From a virus, in IMG/VR virus record IMGVR_UViG_3300027741_000024, positions 64,001 through 128,000 of that record: a stretch of 64,000 nucleotides of DNA; one strand, written 5' to 3'. The position numbers were made by a program, and so were the translations under genes. A model generated the notes under the pieces. That model ran no database searches. It saw only the letters and a program-made list of their open reading frames with translations, and was not told the DNA's origin. Below are positions 48,299-57,364 of the stretch, piece after piece; positions within the stretch are counted from its first letter, which is position 1, and every line of letters starts with the position of its first letter.

Positions 48299-49291
48299 AT
48301 GATTAAAAAACAGCAAGTAAGATTGACCGATGAACGAACAGCATTCAAACCATTTGCCTATCCATGGGCATACAACGCATGGCTACAACATGAACAGTCA
48401 CACTGGATTCACACTGAAGTACCGATGCTTGAGGATGTTAAGGATTGGAAAAATAAACTTACGAAAGACGAAAAGAATTTTCTTACTCATGTATTCAGAT
48501 TTTTTACTCAGGGTGACATTGATGTTGCAGGTGGTTATGTTAATAATTATCTACCTTATTTCCCGCAACCTGAAGTAAGAATGATGTTGCTTGGTTTTGC
48601 TGCACGTGAGGCATTACACATTGCAGCATACTCACACTTGATTGAAACACTAGGTATGCCAGAAACAACCTACTCTGAGTTTATGGAGTATAAAGAAATG
48701 AAGGATAAACATGATTATGTTCTTAATATTAGCTCACAGAATAGCAATCGGTCTGCTACTGCTGCTCACATTGCAGTATTCTCTGCTTTCACCGAAGGGA
48801 TGCAACTATTCAGTTCCTTTATCATGTTACTTAACTTCCCTCGACATGGTAAGATGAAAGGTATGGGGCAAATCATCACGTGGTCAATCGTAGATGAAAC
48901 ACAACATGCTGAGTCGATGATAAAACTGTTCCGCACATACATCGAAGAGAATAAAGATATATGGAATGATGACCTCAAATCGAGAATCTATTCTATTGCA
49001 GAGAAGATGGTAGAACTAGAAGATAACTTTATTGATTTGGCATTTGCTACAGGTGGTATTGAAGGATTGTCTGCGGAAGATGTTAAGAAATATATTCGTT
49101 ATATTGCAGATCGTAGGTTGATCAGTCTTGGACTCAAAGGCATATTCAAGGTCAAAAAGAATCCTTTGCCTTGGGTAGAAGAAATGATTAATGCACCAAC
49201 TCATACAAACTTTTTTGAGAATAGGGCGACCGACTATTCAAAGGGTGCGTTGTCTGGTTCATGGGAAAATGTATGGAGTAAAGCAGCATAA
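48299..49291 (+). CDS. nrdB: ribonucleotide reductase beta subunit
   Basis: FFTQGD, EALHIAAYS, EGMQLFSSF, DETQH, NFFENR. Confidence 0.95.
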   Translation: MIKKQQVRLTDERTAFKPFAYPWAYNAWLQHEQSHWIHTEVPMLEDVKDWKNKLTKDEKNFLTHVFRFFTQGDIDVAGGYVNNYLPYFPQPEVRMMLLGFAAREALHIAAYSHLIETLGMPETTYSEFMEYKEMKDKHDYVLNISSQNSNRSATAAHIAVFSAFTEGMQLFSSFIMLLNFPRHGKMKGMGQIITWSIVDETQHAESMIKLFRTYIEENKDIWNDDLKSRIYSIAEKMVELEDNFIDLAFATGGIEGLSAEDVKKYIRYIADRRLISLGLKGIFKVKKNPLPWVEEMINAPTHTNFFENRATDYSKGALSGSWENVWSKAA

Positions 49292-49313
49292 TTGTTACAA
49301 TTCTGTTTCAATT
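49292..49313 (+). promoter_or_regulatory. Pho-box-like 11-bp direct repeat
   Basis: TTGTTACAATT/CTGTTTCAATT upstream of the PlcP-like gene. Confidence 0.45.
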
Positions 49314-49396
49314 CTTGTTTTTGATAGATATACTATCTAAACGAACAAATCGGTCACAATGATATGGTGACTCTGGAACCGTAACCAGAAAGAATA

Positions 49397-50227
49397 ATGG
49401 ATAAAACCTACCGCACTATTTTTATATCAGATGTCCACCTTGGAACGAAAGATTGCAAGGCAGGACATCTGAATAATTTCCTCAAGCACAATACATGTGA
49501 AACATTATATCTTGTTGGCGATATAATTGATGCATGGAAAATCAAAGAAAACAAATGGCGTTGGAAGCAATCACATACAAATGTGGTGCGTAGAATCCTT
49601 GGTCACTCCAAACGTGGTACAAAAGTTGTTTATGTTCTGGGCAATCACGATGAATTTCTCAGACCTTATCTACATTATGGATTAGGTTTTGGTATGATAG
49701 AAATTACAAATCAATGCGAGCACATTGGTGCAGATGGTAAACATTATCTTGTTACGCATGGCGATCTATTTGATGGCATCACAAGATTAGCACCATGGTT
49801 GTCCATACTAGGAGACAAAGCATATGATTTCGTCCTTTCTCTCAATTCTAAATTCAATTGGATACGACATCGTTTTGGCTTTGGTTATTGGAGTTTGTCT
49901 CTATATCTTAAACAAAAGGTCAAACGAGCCGTAGATTTTATGTTTCACTTTGAAAAGAATCTTGCTGGTTACTGTAAGAAAAAAGGATATGATGGTGTGA
50001 TCTGTGGTCACATACACAAAGCAGAAATAAAAGAAATAGATGGCGTAACGTATATGAATGATGGTGATTGGGTTGAATCATGTACAGCATTGGTTGAGCA
50101 TCACGATGGCCGATGGGAAATAATCACATGGACAGAGGAGAACGATGATGTGGTTGATGATATTGATAGCAATCCACCTAAACGATTCAAACGACATTCC
50201 AGCAAGAATGACAATGGAGTTTCCTGA
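49397..50227 (+). CDS. PlcP/LpxH-like metallophosphoesterase (probable phospholipase C)
   Basis: YRTIFISDVHLG, LVGDIID, GNHDEFLR, HGDLFD, YWSLS, CGHIH, NDGDWVESCTALVE. Confidence 0.85.
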   Translation: MDKTYRTIFISDVHLGTKDCKAGHLNNFLKHNTCETLYLVGDIIDAWKIKENKWRWKQSHTNVVRRILGHSKRGTKVVYVLGNHDEFLRPYLHYGLGFGMIEITNQCEHIGADGKHYLVTHGDLFDGITRLAPWLSILGDKAYDFVLSLNSKFNWIRHRFGFGYWSLSLYLKQKVKRAVDFMFHFEKNLAGYCKKKGYDGVICGHIHKAEIKEIDGVTYMNDGDWVESCTALVEHHDGRWEIITWTEENDDVVDDIDSNPPKRFKRHSSKNDNGVS

Positions 50228-50318
50228 TCAGAAATCTTGCGAACATGCAAAATCCACATTGTCATATTCAGTGAAGTTTAAGAGTTATAAAATAGAGGCA
50301 ATTTGCAAATCTAAATAG
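50145..50318 (+). CDS. small hypothetical protein overlapping the end of the previous gene (not on track)
   Basis: GAGGAG RBS; MMWLMILIAI...SCE..CK. Confidence 0.5.
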   Translation: MMWLMILIAIHLNDSNDIPARMTMEFPDQKSCEHAKSTLSYSVKFKSYKIEAICKSK

Positions 50319-50338
50319 GCGTTTAAGGGAGAGATTCC

Positions 50339-50803
50339 ATGAAACGTCTATTGTTCTTTGTAATTGCAACACTCATGGCAGTGGCAGCACACGCAGAATC
50401 ATATCGTTTACCTTTTGTAGAATTACAAAACGGCGTAGTTAAAATTCCTTTTGTTGAAAATGAATGGGTTCTTGGAGCGAAAAGAGCCGATTGGTTGTTG
50501 TACCTAGAAAAAGGAATGTTCTCTAAACAAAATCAACCAATGTATGAATTTCATGCTGTTACATTATACAAAAAACCACATCATAATGATGCGATTGATA
50601 CCGATATAAGCAAGATATATACATACGGAGTTTTGAACTGTCAGGAAGCAAATTTGTATATTTTGTTTGAATGGTATGTGGATGTAGATGAAAACATGGT
50701 ATTCAAAGGTTCACATGAATATGGCGCATATACAGTTGAAATGCTGACGCCGACAACCGCAAGAAATGATGTTTATAACCAAATATGTAAGGATTCAGTA
50801 TGA
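50339..50803 (+). CDS. exported hypothetical protein
   Basis: Signal peptide ending AHA. Confidence 0.6.
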   Translation: MKRLLFFVIATLMAVAAHAESYRLPFVELQNGVVKIPFVENEWVLGAKRADWLLYLEKGMFSKQNQPMYEFHAVTLYKKPHHNDAIDTDISKIYTYGVLNCQEANLYILFEWYVDVDENMVFKGSHEYGAYTVEMLTPTTARNDVYNQICKDSV

Positions 50804-51618
50804 AAAAGATTATCAGTTTAGTTTTATTATTCGTAGCGCAGCATGTATTAGCATGGGATCAAAAACCACCACTACCAATTGACCAGTGTGCAGTTCATGC
50901 ACCATATGGTATTCCAACAGTAAATAAACCAGATGCAACAGTAATTTGTCGGAGTGGTTATGTTACAATGCATGACAACGTAGCAAAAATCCCAGTGTGG
51001 TCATCCTATTCAATTGATGCAACAACTGGTCTTGGTTGTGTGGCACGAACAAATGCATTTGTTGCAGATAATTCATTGCCATTAGGTAAGAAGGCATCAC
51101 CAACTGATTATGCTGGTACTGGATACGATCAAGGACATTTGGTGCCTGATGGTGATCAATCATATAATCAGCAAGTAGAATGGGAATCTTTTCTCATGTC
51201 CAACATGTCACCACAATTGCCTAATCTTAATCGTGGTGTATGGAAACAATTAGAATCAAATGTTCGTGCATGGGCAGTTCAACGCAATCATAAACTCATT
51301 GTAATACCAGGAGACATTTATGATACTGCTTCAGCTAAAAAGATTGGTAAGAATAATGTAGTTGTACCTTCGGCTCTATTTAAAATTGTGATTGACACGC
51401 AAACAAATGAAGCACTAGCATTCATCTATGAGCATAAAGAATCACAACCGACTGATATTACATTAGGTCAAGTATCTATTGCAGAAGTAGAGAAGCGCAC
51501 AGGTATTACATTTCCTATGCCTAAAGGTATAGATAAGAATGCTAAACCAAAAATCTGGACTGCCGACTTAGGTGCATTAGGCAAATCCAAGAAAGCAAAG
51601 TGTGGCAAAGATGATTAG
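50800..51618 (+). CDS. exported DNA/RNA non-specific endonuclease (NucA/EndoG-like)
   Basis: Signal peptide; YDQGHLVP, SNMSPQ..LNRGVWKQLE, VPSALFK. Confidence 0.88.
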   Translation: MKKIISLVLLFVAQHVLAWDQKPPLPIDQCAVHAPYGIPTVNKPDATVICRSGYVTMHDNVAKIPVWSSYSIDATTGLGCVARTNAFVADNSLPLGKKASPTDYAGTGYDQGHLVPDGDQSYNQQVEWESFLMSNMSPQLPNLNRGVWKQLESNVRAWAVQRNHKLIVIPGDIYDTASAKKIGKNNVVVPSALFKIVIDTQTNEALAFIYEHKESQPTDITLGQVSIAEVEKRTGITFPMPKGIDKNAKPKIWTADLGALGKSKKAKCGKDD

Positions 51619-51778
51619 ACTTCAGCACGAATGTTCCGCATGTGGTACAGATTTTACGATTCAATATGATGAGATGAATACTGAATCGGATCCAGCACAT
51701 TGTCCATTTTGTGGTGAATTCTTAGTATTAGATCCAGATGATTTTGGTGATATTGAAGATGATGAGGATGATGAATAA
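51611..51778 (+). CDS. zinc-ribbon small protein (not on track)
   Basis: CSACG...CPFCG with acidic tail. Confidence 0.6.
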   Translation: MIRLQHECSACGTDFTIQYDEMNTESDPAHCPFCGEFLVLDPDDFGDIEDDEDDE

Positions 51779-51780
51779 TT

Positions 51781-52197
51781 ATGAAATGGTTATTATGTGA
51801 CAGTGAATATATTGATGATGGGTTGAATTTTGGTTTTGTGTACATGATAGAAAACACCATCACAGGACGAAAATATATTGGAAGAAAGTATTTTACCGCA
51901 GCTGCGTATAAACAAGTTAATGGTAAAAGAAAAAAGATCCGAAAACCTTCTGACTGGCAAACATATTATGGTTCTAATGAAACACTCAAAGAGGATGTCT
52001 CAATCTTAGGTGAGGATAAGTTCGTAAGGACTATCCTTCACCTCTGTAAGACTAAATCGGAAGCATCATATCTTGAAACAAAAGAGATATTTGCCAGAGA
52101 TGCTCTATTATCTCCACAATATTATAATGATTGGTGCCAATGCAAGATACGCCGTGCCCATTTGACCAATCTCCAAATATCAGATATCACTAAATAA
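51781..52197 (+). CDS. short GIY-YIG nuclease-domain protein
   Basis: GFVYMIEN..GRKYIGRK, YYGS, YYN. Confidence 0.8.
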   Translation: MKWLLCDSEYIDDGLNFGFVYMIENTITGRKYIGRKYFTAAAYKQVNGKRKKIRKPSDWQTYYGSNETLKEDVSILGEDKFVRTILHLCKTKSEASYLETKEIFARDALLSPQYYNDWCQCKIRRAHLTNLQISDITK

Positions 52198-52250
52198 AAT
52201 ACTGCAACGCAACATTTCTCTACTATATAATATCATAGGAGGGTTGCACA

Positions 52251-52397
52251 ATGTTAAACAAACTGATACAATGGTTCATAAGACCACAAATAACCGAAAT
52301 AGAACAATATATTTCGGCACACAATCCAAAGAATACAGCGGACGTGGAAATGTTAATTAATGAATTCAACTACAAAAGGAAACTACAATGTTTTTAA
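52251..52397 (+). CDS. small protein, DUF3563-like (not on track)
   Basis: AGGAGG RBS; EIEQYISAHNPKNTADVE. Confidence 0.5.
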   Translation: MLNKLIQWFIRPQITEIEQYISAHNPKNTADVEMLINEFNYKRKLQCF

Positions 52398-52642
52398 ATC
52401 AACCACAATTTCCAGTGTTTTATACTTTTAATGATCTTAACCGCAAGGCAGAGGAAGCAGCCGTGAAAACTATTGACTTTAACAAGCAATTCATAGATAA
52501 TACTCTAGCGTATTTTGATTCTATCACAGATAATCAGTTTACTACATACACAAAGAAGATGGTAACTTTTAATCAGAATACGGCAGAAGATGCAAAGAAA
52601 ATCCTCAAAAGTGAGTCAACCAAAACTAAGGCTGGAAATTGA
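52388..52642 (+). CDS. small helical protein, possibly phasin-like
   Basis: AAGGA RBS; amphipathic helical pattern. Confidence 0.45.
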   Translation: MFLNQPQFPVFYTFNDLNRKAEEAAVKTIDFNKQFIDNTLAYFDSITDNQFTTYTKKMVTFNQNTAEDAKKILKSESTKTKAGN

Positions 52643-52850
52643 ATCTAAGACTAAATTTTGGTACCCAGTGAGTCGCAATGGGTGGTGGATTAAGTTCTCC
52701 ACCTATCGTGACCACTACATTTTATTAATGATAGTTTCCAAATATACCGCACAAACAATTATTAGATATTATGAGAATGAAGATGAGGCTGTAACATTTA
52801 TCAACTTTATTACCACATGTAACGCACAAGACGTACTTGAATCAATCTAG
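52590..52850 (+). CDS. hypothetical protein
   Basis: ORF track; co-oriented. Confidence 0.55.
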   Translation: MQRKSSKVSQPKLRLEIESKTKFWYPVSRNGWWIKFSTYRDHYILLMIVSKYTAQTIIRYYENEDEAVTFINFITTCNAQDVLESI

Positions 52851-52920
52851 GAGTTATTATGAATTTTGTGGACAAACTGGTCAACACCCAGCGAATATTT
52901 TGAATGATAGCTTCTAATAT

Positions 52921-53235
52921 ATGCCTGTTCAAAAAACTTGCCCAACATGTAACATAACTCACACTAAACGTGGACCGTATTGTTCACGTTCATGTGGTAA
53001 CATTAGGGTACACAGTGAAGAAGATAAGGCCATACGTTCACAAAAACTCACCGAGTATCATCAAACACCAGAAGGTGCAGCAACACGTGAGAAATCATCC
53101 CGTATTATGACGGCCAAAAGAAAAGGTGAAGATTGGGAAGAAATCAGTTCGGATGAATTTGCGGTAAATATTCCAGATGTTACCGATTATGTGGCAGACT
53201 ATGATAATACATGGGAACGTGCCGAAAAATGGTGA
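52921..53235 (+). CDS. zinc-finger hypothetical protein
   Basis: CPTC...YCSRSC. Confidence 0.6.
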   Translation: MPVQKTCPTCNITHTKRGPYCSRSCGNIRVHSEEDKAIRSQKLTEYHQTPEGAATREKSSRIMTAKRKGEDWEEISSDEFAVNIPDVTDYVADYDNTWERAEKW

Positions 53236-53236
53236 C

Positions 53237-53265
53237 TTGACAATCCAAATATTGTATCATATAAT
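53237..53265 (+). promoter_or_regulatory. consensus sigma70 promoter
   Basis: TTGACA-N17-TATAAT. Confidence 0.75.
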
Positions 53266-53268
53266 AAA

Positions 53269-53475
53269 ATGACAGACGATTCAGAAGATGAACTTAGCAT
53301 TCTTGAAAAGATTGATGCTGCAATAGAGTTCTTTACCCATGTAAAACAATTCAAAACATTGTGTTACATACTTAAAGAAATAAGGCAAGAACTTTTAGAG
53401 TCGTATGGTGAAACTGAATACTATGAAGAGCTCTGCGAAGGGTATGAAAAAATGATTCAAGATTTAATAAAGTAA
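53269..53475 (+). CDS. hypothetical protein
   Basis: ATG a few nt after the -10 box (possibly leaderless). Confidence 0.55.
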   Translation: MTDDSEDELSILEKIDAAIEFFTHVKQFKTLCYILKEIRQELLESYGETEYYEELCEGYEKMIQDLIK

Positions 53476-53479
53476 TCTT

Positions 53480-54394
53480 ATGAACATAAAAGAAAAACTG
53501 CTGGACATACAATACGCCATAGAAAATTGGTACAATGCAAGACAAATGACCGTTGTTGAGATGCTGGTCTTTGTTTTTTTATTAGGTTTATTACTTGTTG
53601 GTTCAGTAGAAGCCAAAACAATAAAACATAAACATAATATTCCAACTAATACTATGTCTATCATTCATGTGGATTTAAAACAAGATATTATTATCAAAGG
53701 CCAGAATATTGATCAGGTTCGTGCATTGGCAAGCATCACCAAACTAATGACGGCAATTGTGGCACTGGATTATACCACAGATATGGACAAAGTATTGACA
53801 CTGAGCAACAAAGCAGGTTCTAAATTACCTCATCGTGAATATACCCGTGATGAATTATTTCACGCTATGTTGATCAAATCGGATAACGCAGCAACAGAAA
53901 CAATAGCAGCAGATTATCCAGGTGGTCGTGAGAAGTTCATAACTGATATGAACATTCGTGCTATGATGATGGGATTAAAGAATACGCATTTTAATGATCC
54001 TACGGGTCTGAGTAACGGTAATGTAAGCACAGCAGAGGATGTATCGCATCTAGTGGCAGGTGCAGCATTCTATCCAATGATTAGAAATATATCTACAAAA
54101 AAAGAATCCACTATTCTATTTCAAGTCAAACACAAAAATAGGTCAGTTGTAATCAATAATACAAACAAAGTCCTATTGCATGAGTTTGATTCTATACGGT
54201 TAAGTAAAACAGGTTTCACTAATCCAGCAGGATTTTGTGTTGCCATACTAGTAGAACATTCAGTAAAGAATGAAATGCATCATCGGGTAATAGTGATCAT
54301 GGGTGCTAAGAATACCACTCAAAGAGTTGACATAGTAAAACGAATGATGTATCATGTAACGTATGGAGGCACAGAGTATGACGAAAGAGTTTGA
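53480..54394 (+). CDS. peptidase S11 D-Ala-D-Ala endo/carboxypeptidase (PBP7-like)
   Basis: SxxK (ASITK), SDN, DPTGLS, KTG motifs; N-terminal TM/signal. Confidence 0.88.
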   Translation: MNIKEKLLDIQYAIENWYNARQMTVVEMLVFVFLLGLLLVGSVEAKTIKHKHNIPTNTMSIIHVDLKQDIIIKGQNIDQVRALASITKLMTAIVALDYTTDMDKVLTLSNKAGSKLPHREYTRDELFHAMLIKSDNAATETIAADYPGGREKFITDMNIRAMMMGLKNTHFNDPTGLSNGNVSTAEDVSHLVAGAAFYPMIRNISTKKESTILFQVKHKNRSVVINNTNKVLLHEFDSIRLSKTGFTNPAGFCVAILVEHSVKNEMHHRVIVIMGAKNTTQRVDIVKRMMYHVTYGGTEYDERV

Positions 54395-54590
54395 TAAGAT
54401 TATGGATCGCATCAAGAATCTTACTGAGTATGAGGTAATGGTGCCATTTCCTAAAGAGTTTGAGTTTGGTGGTCCTGTACCGTATGATATGAGTATATCT
54501 GGTGATAAAGCATTTGTAAAAGTTATTGCAGAATCAATAGAAGAGGCAACGTTTAAAGCAAATGAATATTTTGAAAGCAAATACAAATAA
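54378..54590 (+). CDS. hypothetical protein
   Basis: GGAGG RBS. Confidence 0.55.
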   Translation: MTKEFDKIMDRIKNLTEYEVMVPFPKEFEFGGPVPYDMSISGDKAFVKVIAESIEEATFKANEYFESKYK

Positions 54591-54706
54591 ACCTTGGATG
54601 TCCAATGAGTATGAAACACCCATTCCTGAGAACGAGGAAATGTGGTCGCAACGGATAATTGATGAAGTTATAGAAGATTTGTTTAATGAAATGGATGAGG
54701 AAAATA

Positions 54707-55462
54707 ATGGCAACAAAAAAGAAAAAGATTGACAAATTAATTGAAGTACCAAAAAATAGTACCATCACAGTGTATCCGGAACCAATTATTAATCAGGTAT
54801 TTCCTACGCCAGTATCTTTCAGCAAATTACATCGTAAATTTACTGATGATGAAATTGCTTTCATTCAAAAATGTTCACAGAATGTAACAAAAAATACTGG
54901 CAATACTACTAGCGTAGATCGATACGTGCTGGAAGATCCTGTAATGTCGGGAATAAAATCATTCATTCAATTCTATGTGAATCATTATATGACCAACATA
55001 GAATCGCCATATAATCCTGTTGAAGCATATATTACACAATCATGGTTGAACTATACAAAACCAGGTGAGTTTCATCATAAGCATGAGCATCCGAATAGTT
55101 ATATTTCAGGTGTATTGTATATCAATGCTGATCCAGAGAAAGATAAAATCTATTTCTACAAGAGTGGATACAAACGCATTTCATTACCCACAAATAATTT
55201 TAATCCATTCAATTCTGACTCATGGTGGTTCTCTGTTGGTACATGTGATATGGTACTATTTCCTTCATATCTAACCCATATGGTAGAACAAACAGAAAGT
55301 GCCGACACCAGAATCAGTCTATCATTCAATACATTCCTCAAAGGTTATATTGGTGAAGAGAATAGTTTAACATCATTACATACCGGTCAACCTGTTGATA
55401 CTTCACAATGGCGTAAGACCGAAGTTGATAAACCAAGAGATGGATTAGGTGGTTCAATCTAA
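54707..55462 (+). CDS. putative 2OG-Fe(II) oxygenase (TIGR02466-like)
   Basis: FPTP, SWLN, HEHPNSYISGVLY, FPSYLTHMV, RISLSFN. Confidence 0.82.
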   Translation: MATKKKKIDKLIEVPKNSTITVYPEPIINQVFPTPVSFSKLHRKFTDDEIAFIQKCSQNVTKNTGNTTSVDRYVLEDPVMSGIKSFIQFYVNHYMTNIESPYNPVEAYITQSWLNYTKPGEFHHKHEHPNSYISGVLYINADPEKDKIYFYKSGYKRISLPTNNFNPFNSDSWWFSVGTCDMVLFPSYLTHMVEQTESADTRISLSFNTFLKGYIGEENSLTSLHTGQPVDTSQWRKTEVDKPRDGLGGSI

Positions 55463-55537
55463 CTGGCGTTAGTATAATGGATAATACAGAGGATTTCTAC
55501 TCCTTTAATGTGGGTTCGATTCCTACACGCCGGACCA
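55463..55537 (+). tRNA. tRNA-Arg(UCU)
   Basis: Acceptor CTGGCGT/ACGCCGG, D arm GTAT/ATAC, anticodon loop TTTCTAC, T loop TTCGATT, encoded CCA. Confidence 0.9.
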
Positions 55538-55556
55538 AATATATTATAGGGTTATA

Positions 55557-55958
55557 ATGGCTAAAAATTCAATATTCTCAGTACCATCAAATTCAACAGG
55601 AATTTATAGTATACCAGTTGGTGTTGGTGGCGGTGGTGGTACCAGTATGGGTGATTTAAATAGAATACCACCATATATGATTCAAGATGTTGTTGACCAT
55701 CAAATTACAGGTCAAACATTATATGTTGAGCACACATATACAGGAGATGTTGGTGATGGTCGTTATACAGAGGATAACATAAAACAATTATTGATGGATA
55801 AATTGGTAGTTGAAATGTACAAAGCAAATCACATAGAGTTCACACGTATGGAAAGGCATGAAACAAATGAGATGGTATTTCGTGCTAGAATTCATGTGGT
55901 GCCAGATACCCAAGTCCGTATTATTAGGGAGATAAAAGATGCAAGAAAAACAACGTAA
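55557..55958 (+). CDS. hypothetical protein
   Basis: ORF track; RBS. Confidence 0.6.
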   Translation: MAKNSIFSVPSNSTGIYSIPVGVGGGGGTSMGDLNRIPPYMIQDVVDHQITGQTLYVEHTYTGDVGDGRYTEDNIKQLLMDKLVVEMYKANHIEFTRMERHETNEMVFRARIHVVPDTQVRIIREIKDARKTT

Positions 55959-55996
55959 ATCACTATGGAGGAAGCGAAAGTTTCCAAATAGATAAC

Positions 55997-56025
55997 AAAA
56001 AACGACACTCCGGTGTCGTTTTTTT
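55997..56025. terminator. bidirectional intrinsic terminator
   Basis: AAAAAACGACAC-TCCG-GTGTCGTTTTTTT. Confidence 0.75.
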
Positions 56026-56044
56026 ACAACAATGCCACTATTTC

Positions 56045-56073
56045 TTGACAATCTTGCCGATATCTGTCATAAT
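56045..56073 (+). promoter_or_regulatory. early sigma70 promoter
   Basis: TTGACA-N17-CATAAT. Confidence 0.75.
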
Positions 56074-56109
56074 AAGAACATAGAAGATTAGATAGAAAGT
56101 GAGTTTGAT

Positions 56110-56379
56110 ATGAGAATAAAAACAGATTTTGATTTGACCGAATTGTGCGGTTGGATCGGTATGGTGTTGATACATGCAGCAACCTTACCAACAAGTATTG
56201 GTGTGATTCTAGGTTATAATGATAGACTTCCACCTGTTAGTATGGTGTTGATGGTCTGGGCAGGTTTGTTTCTGTTTTTGATTCGTGCATTAGGTAGGAA
56301 TGACAGACTGTATATTATAAGTAATGCAGTTGGATTTTTCTTCAATAGTGTATTGTTAGCATTGATAGTTTTTAGATAG
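56110..56379 (+). CDS. small three-TM membrane protein
   Basis: Hydrophobic helices; PQ-loop/SemiSWEET-like size. Confidence 0.6.
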   Translation: MRIKTDFDLTELCGWIGMVLIHAATLPTSIGVILGYNDRLPPVSMVLMVWAGLFLFLIRALGRNDRLYIISNAVGFFFNSVLLALIVFR

Positions 56380-56387
56380 GAGATTAT

Positions 56388-56657
56388 ATGAGTAAAGAAA
56401 TGTTTGGTATGTCCGAGAGTGACATCCGTGAGCAGTATATGGAAAGCATTACCGCAAGATTTAGTGGGTTAGAGATGGTGGTTGCAGGTATCCTGAGTGA
56501 TTGTCAGGAAATGATATCAATGAAGAATCCTACAATCCCTGCTCCTAACACCGATGAGTTTATTCGCAAGCAGTTAAATGTAGCTAAGTTTATCTTGTTT
56601 GAGATGATGGATGCTAAGCGTGCTAATGAGTCGAAGTACATTGGGGAGGCAGCGTAA
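56388..56657 (+). CDS. hypothetical early protein
   Basis: AGGAG RBS. Confidence 0.65.
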   Translation: MSKEMFGMSESDIREQYMESITARFSGLEMVVAGILSDCQEMISMKNPTIPAPNTDEFIRKQLNVAKFILFEMMDAKRANESKYIGEAA

Positions 56658-56848
56658 TGAGTTTGAGAAAATGGGATGAGATGTCCCTTTTGGAGCAGTA
56701 TGCCTGCATCTATTCAGACAGGTTCAAAGATGCCTATGGTTTTCGTCCACGTGGCAATGAAACACAGGATTGGAATGAGATACAGTACCTTGCCGAGTTT
56801 GCAAGATTGAATGAAATAGTTGCCAGACAGATTGCAGAGGAGTATTAA
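56657..56848 (+). CDS. hypothetical early protein
   Basis: YSDRFKDAYGFRPR motif; coupled. Confidence 0.65.
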   Translation: MSLRKWDEMSLLEQYACIYSDRFKDAYGFRPRGNETQDWNEIQYLAEFARLNEIVARQIAEEY

Positions 56849-57102
56849 TGTCAAGATTGAAACTTTTTGTTGTTGCTGGTAACTATAAAGAGTTCCAAGA
56901 CTTTGTTATCAAAAAGAGAATGAAAGGTTTTAGTTATGATTTTATATACATTTCTGGTGCCGAGATGCTACGTGGATTGAGTACCATACGGGGGTTCTAT
57001 ATCGGTACGTACAGGAACCGTCCAGACTGGCCAGAGATACGGGATGCTATAGCCATTATCAAAGTGAAAGAAAACCACGTGGAAGAGTCTCTGGATGATT
57101 AA
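56848..57102 (+). CDS. hypothetical early protein
   Basis: GAGGAG RBS; coupled. Confidence 0.6.
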   Translation: MSRLKLFVVAGNYKEFQDFVIKKRMKGFSYDFIYISGAEMLRGLSTIRGFYIGTYRNRPDWPEIRDAIAIIKVKENHVEESLDD

Positions 57103-57116
57103 TAATTTGACAATGG

Positions 57117-57145
57117 TTGACAAACCGAACGGGTTAGATTACAAT
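57117..57145 (+). promoter_or_regulatory. early sigma70 promoter
   Basis: TTGACA-N17-TACAAT. Confidence 0.75.
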
Positions 57146-57178
57146 CCTTATTGTGATGATTTTATTGGAGATGTTGAA

Positions 57179-57364
57179 ATGATAACTGTTAGCGAAGATG
57201 AAATTAATGCATTGGCTGCCGATTTGGCGGCCATGAGTATTGAAGATGAAATTGATGATGAATATGAAGCTTTGATGGATGCATTATATGCCGAGCATGA
57301 GGCAAGAATGCACGCCGCCAATAGTTATGATAATGATGCAATCGCCTACGGAGAGATGATATGA
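57179..57364 (+). CDS. acidic small early protein
   Basis: GGAG RBS before ATG 57179; very D/E-rich. Confidence 0.6.
   Translation: MITVSEDEINALAADLAAMSIEDEIDDEYEALMDALYAEHEARMHAANSYDNDAIAYGEMI

Noticed and set aside
13567-49291. Introns or inteins in gp43, gp41, uvsX, nrdA, nrdB
   Set aside because: All are continuous and of normal length, with no intein or intron-sized insertions.
51781-52197. Mobile homing endonuclease element
   Set aside because: Only a catalytic GIY-YIG domain, with no DNA-binding extension or flanking intron; mobility not supported.
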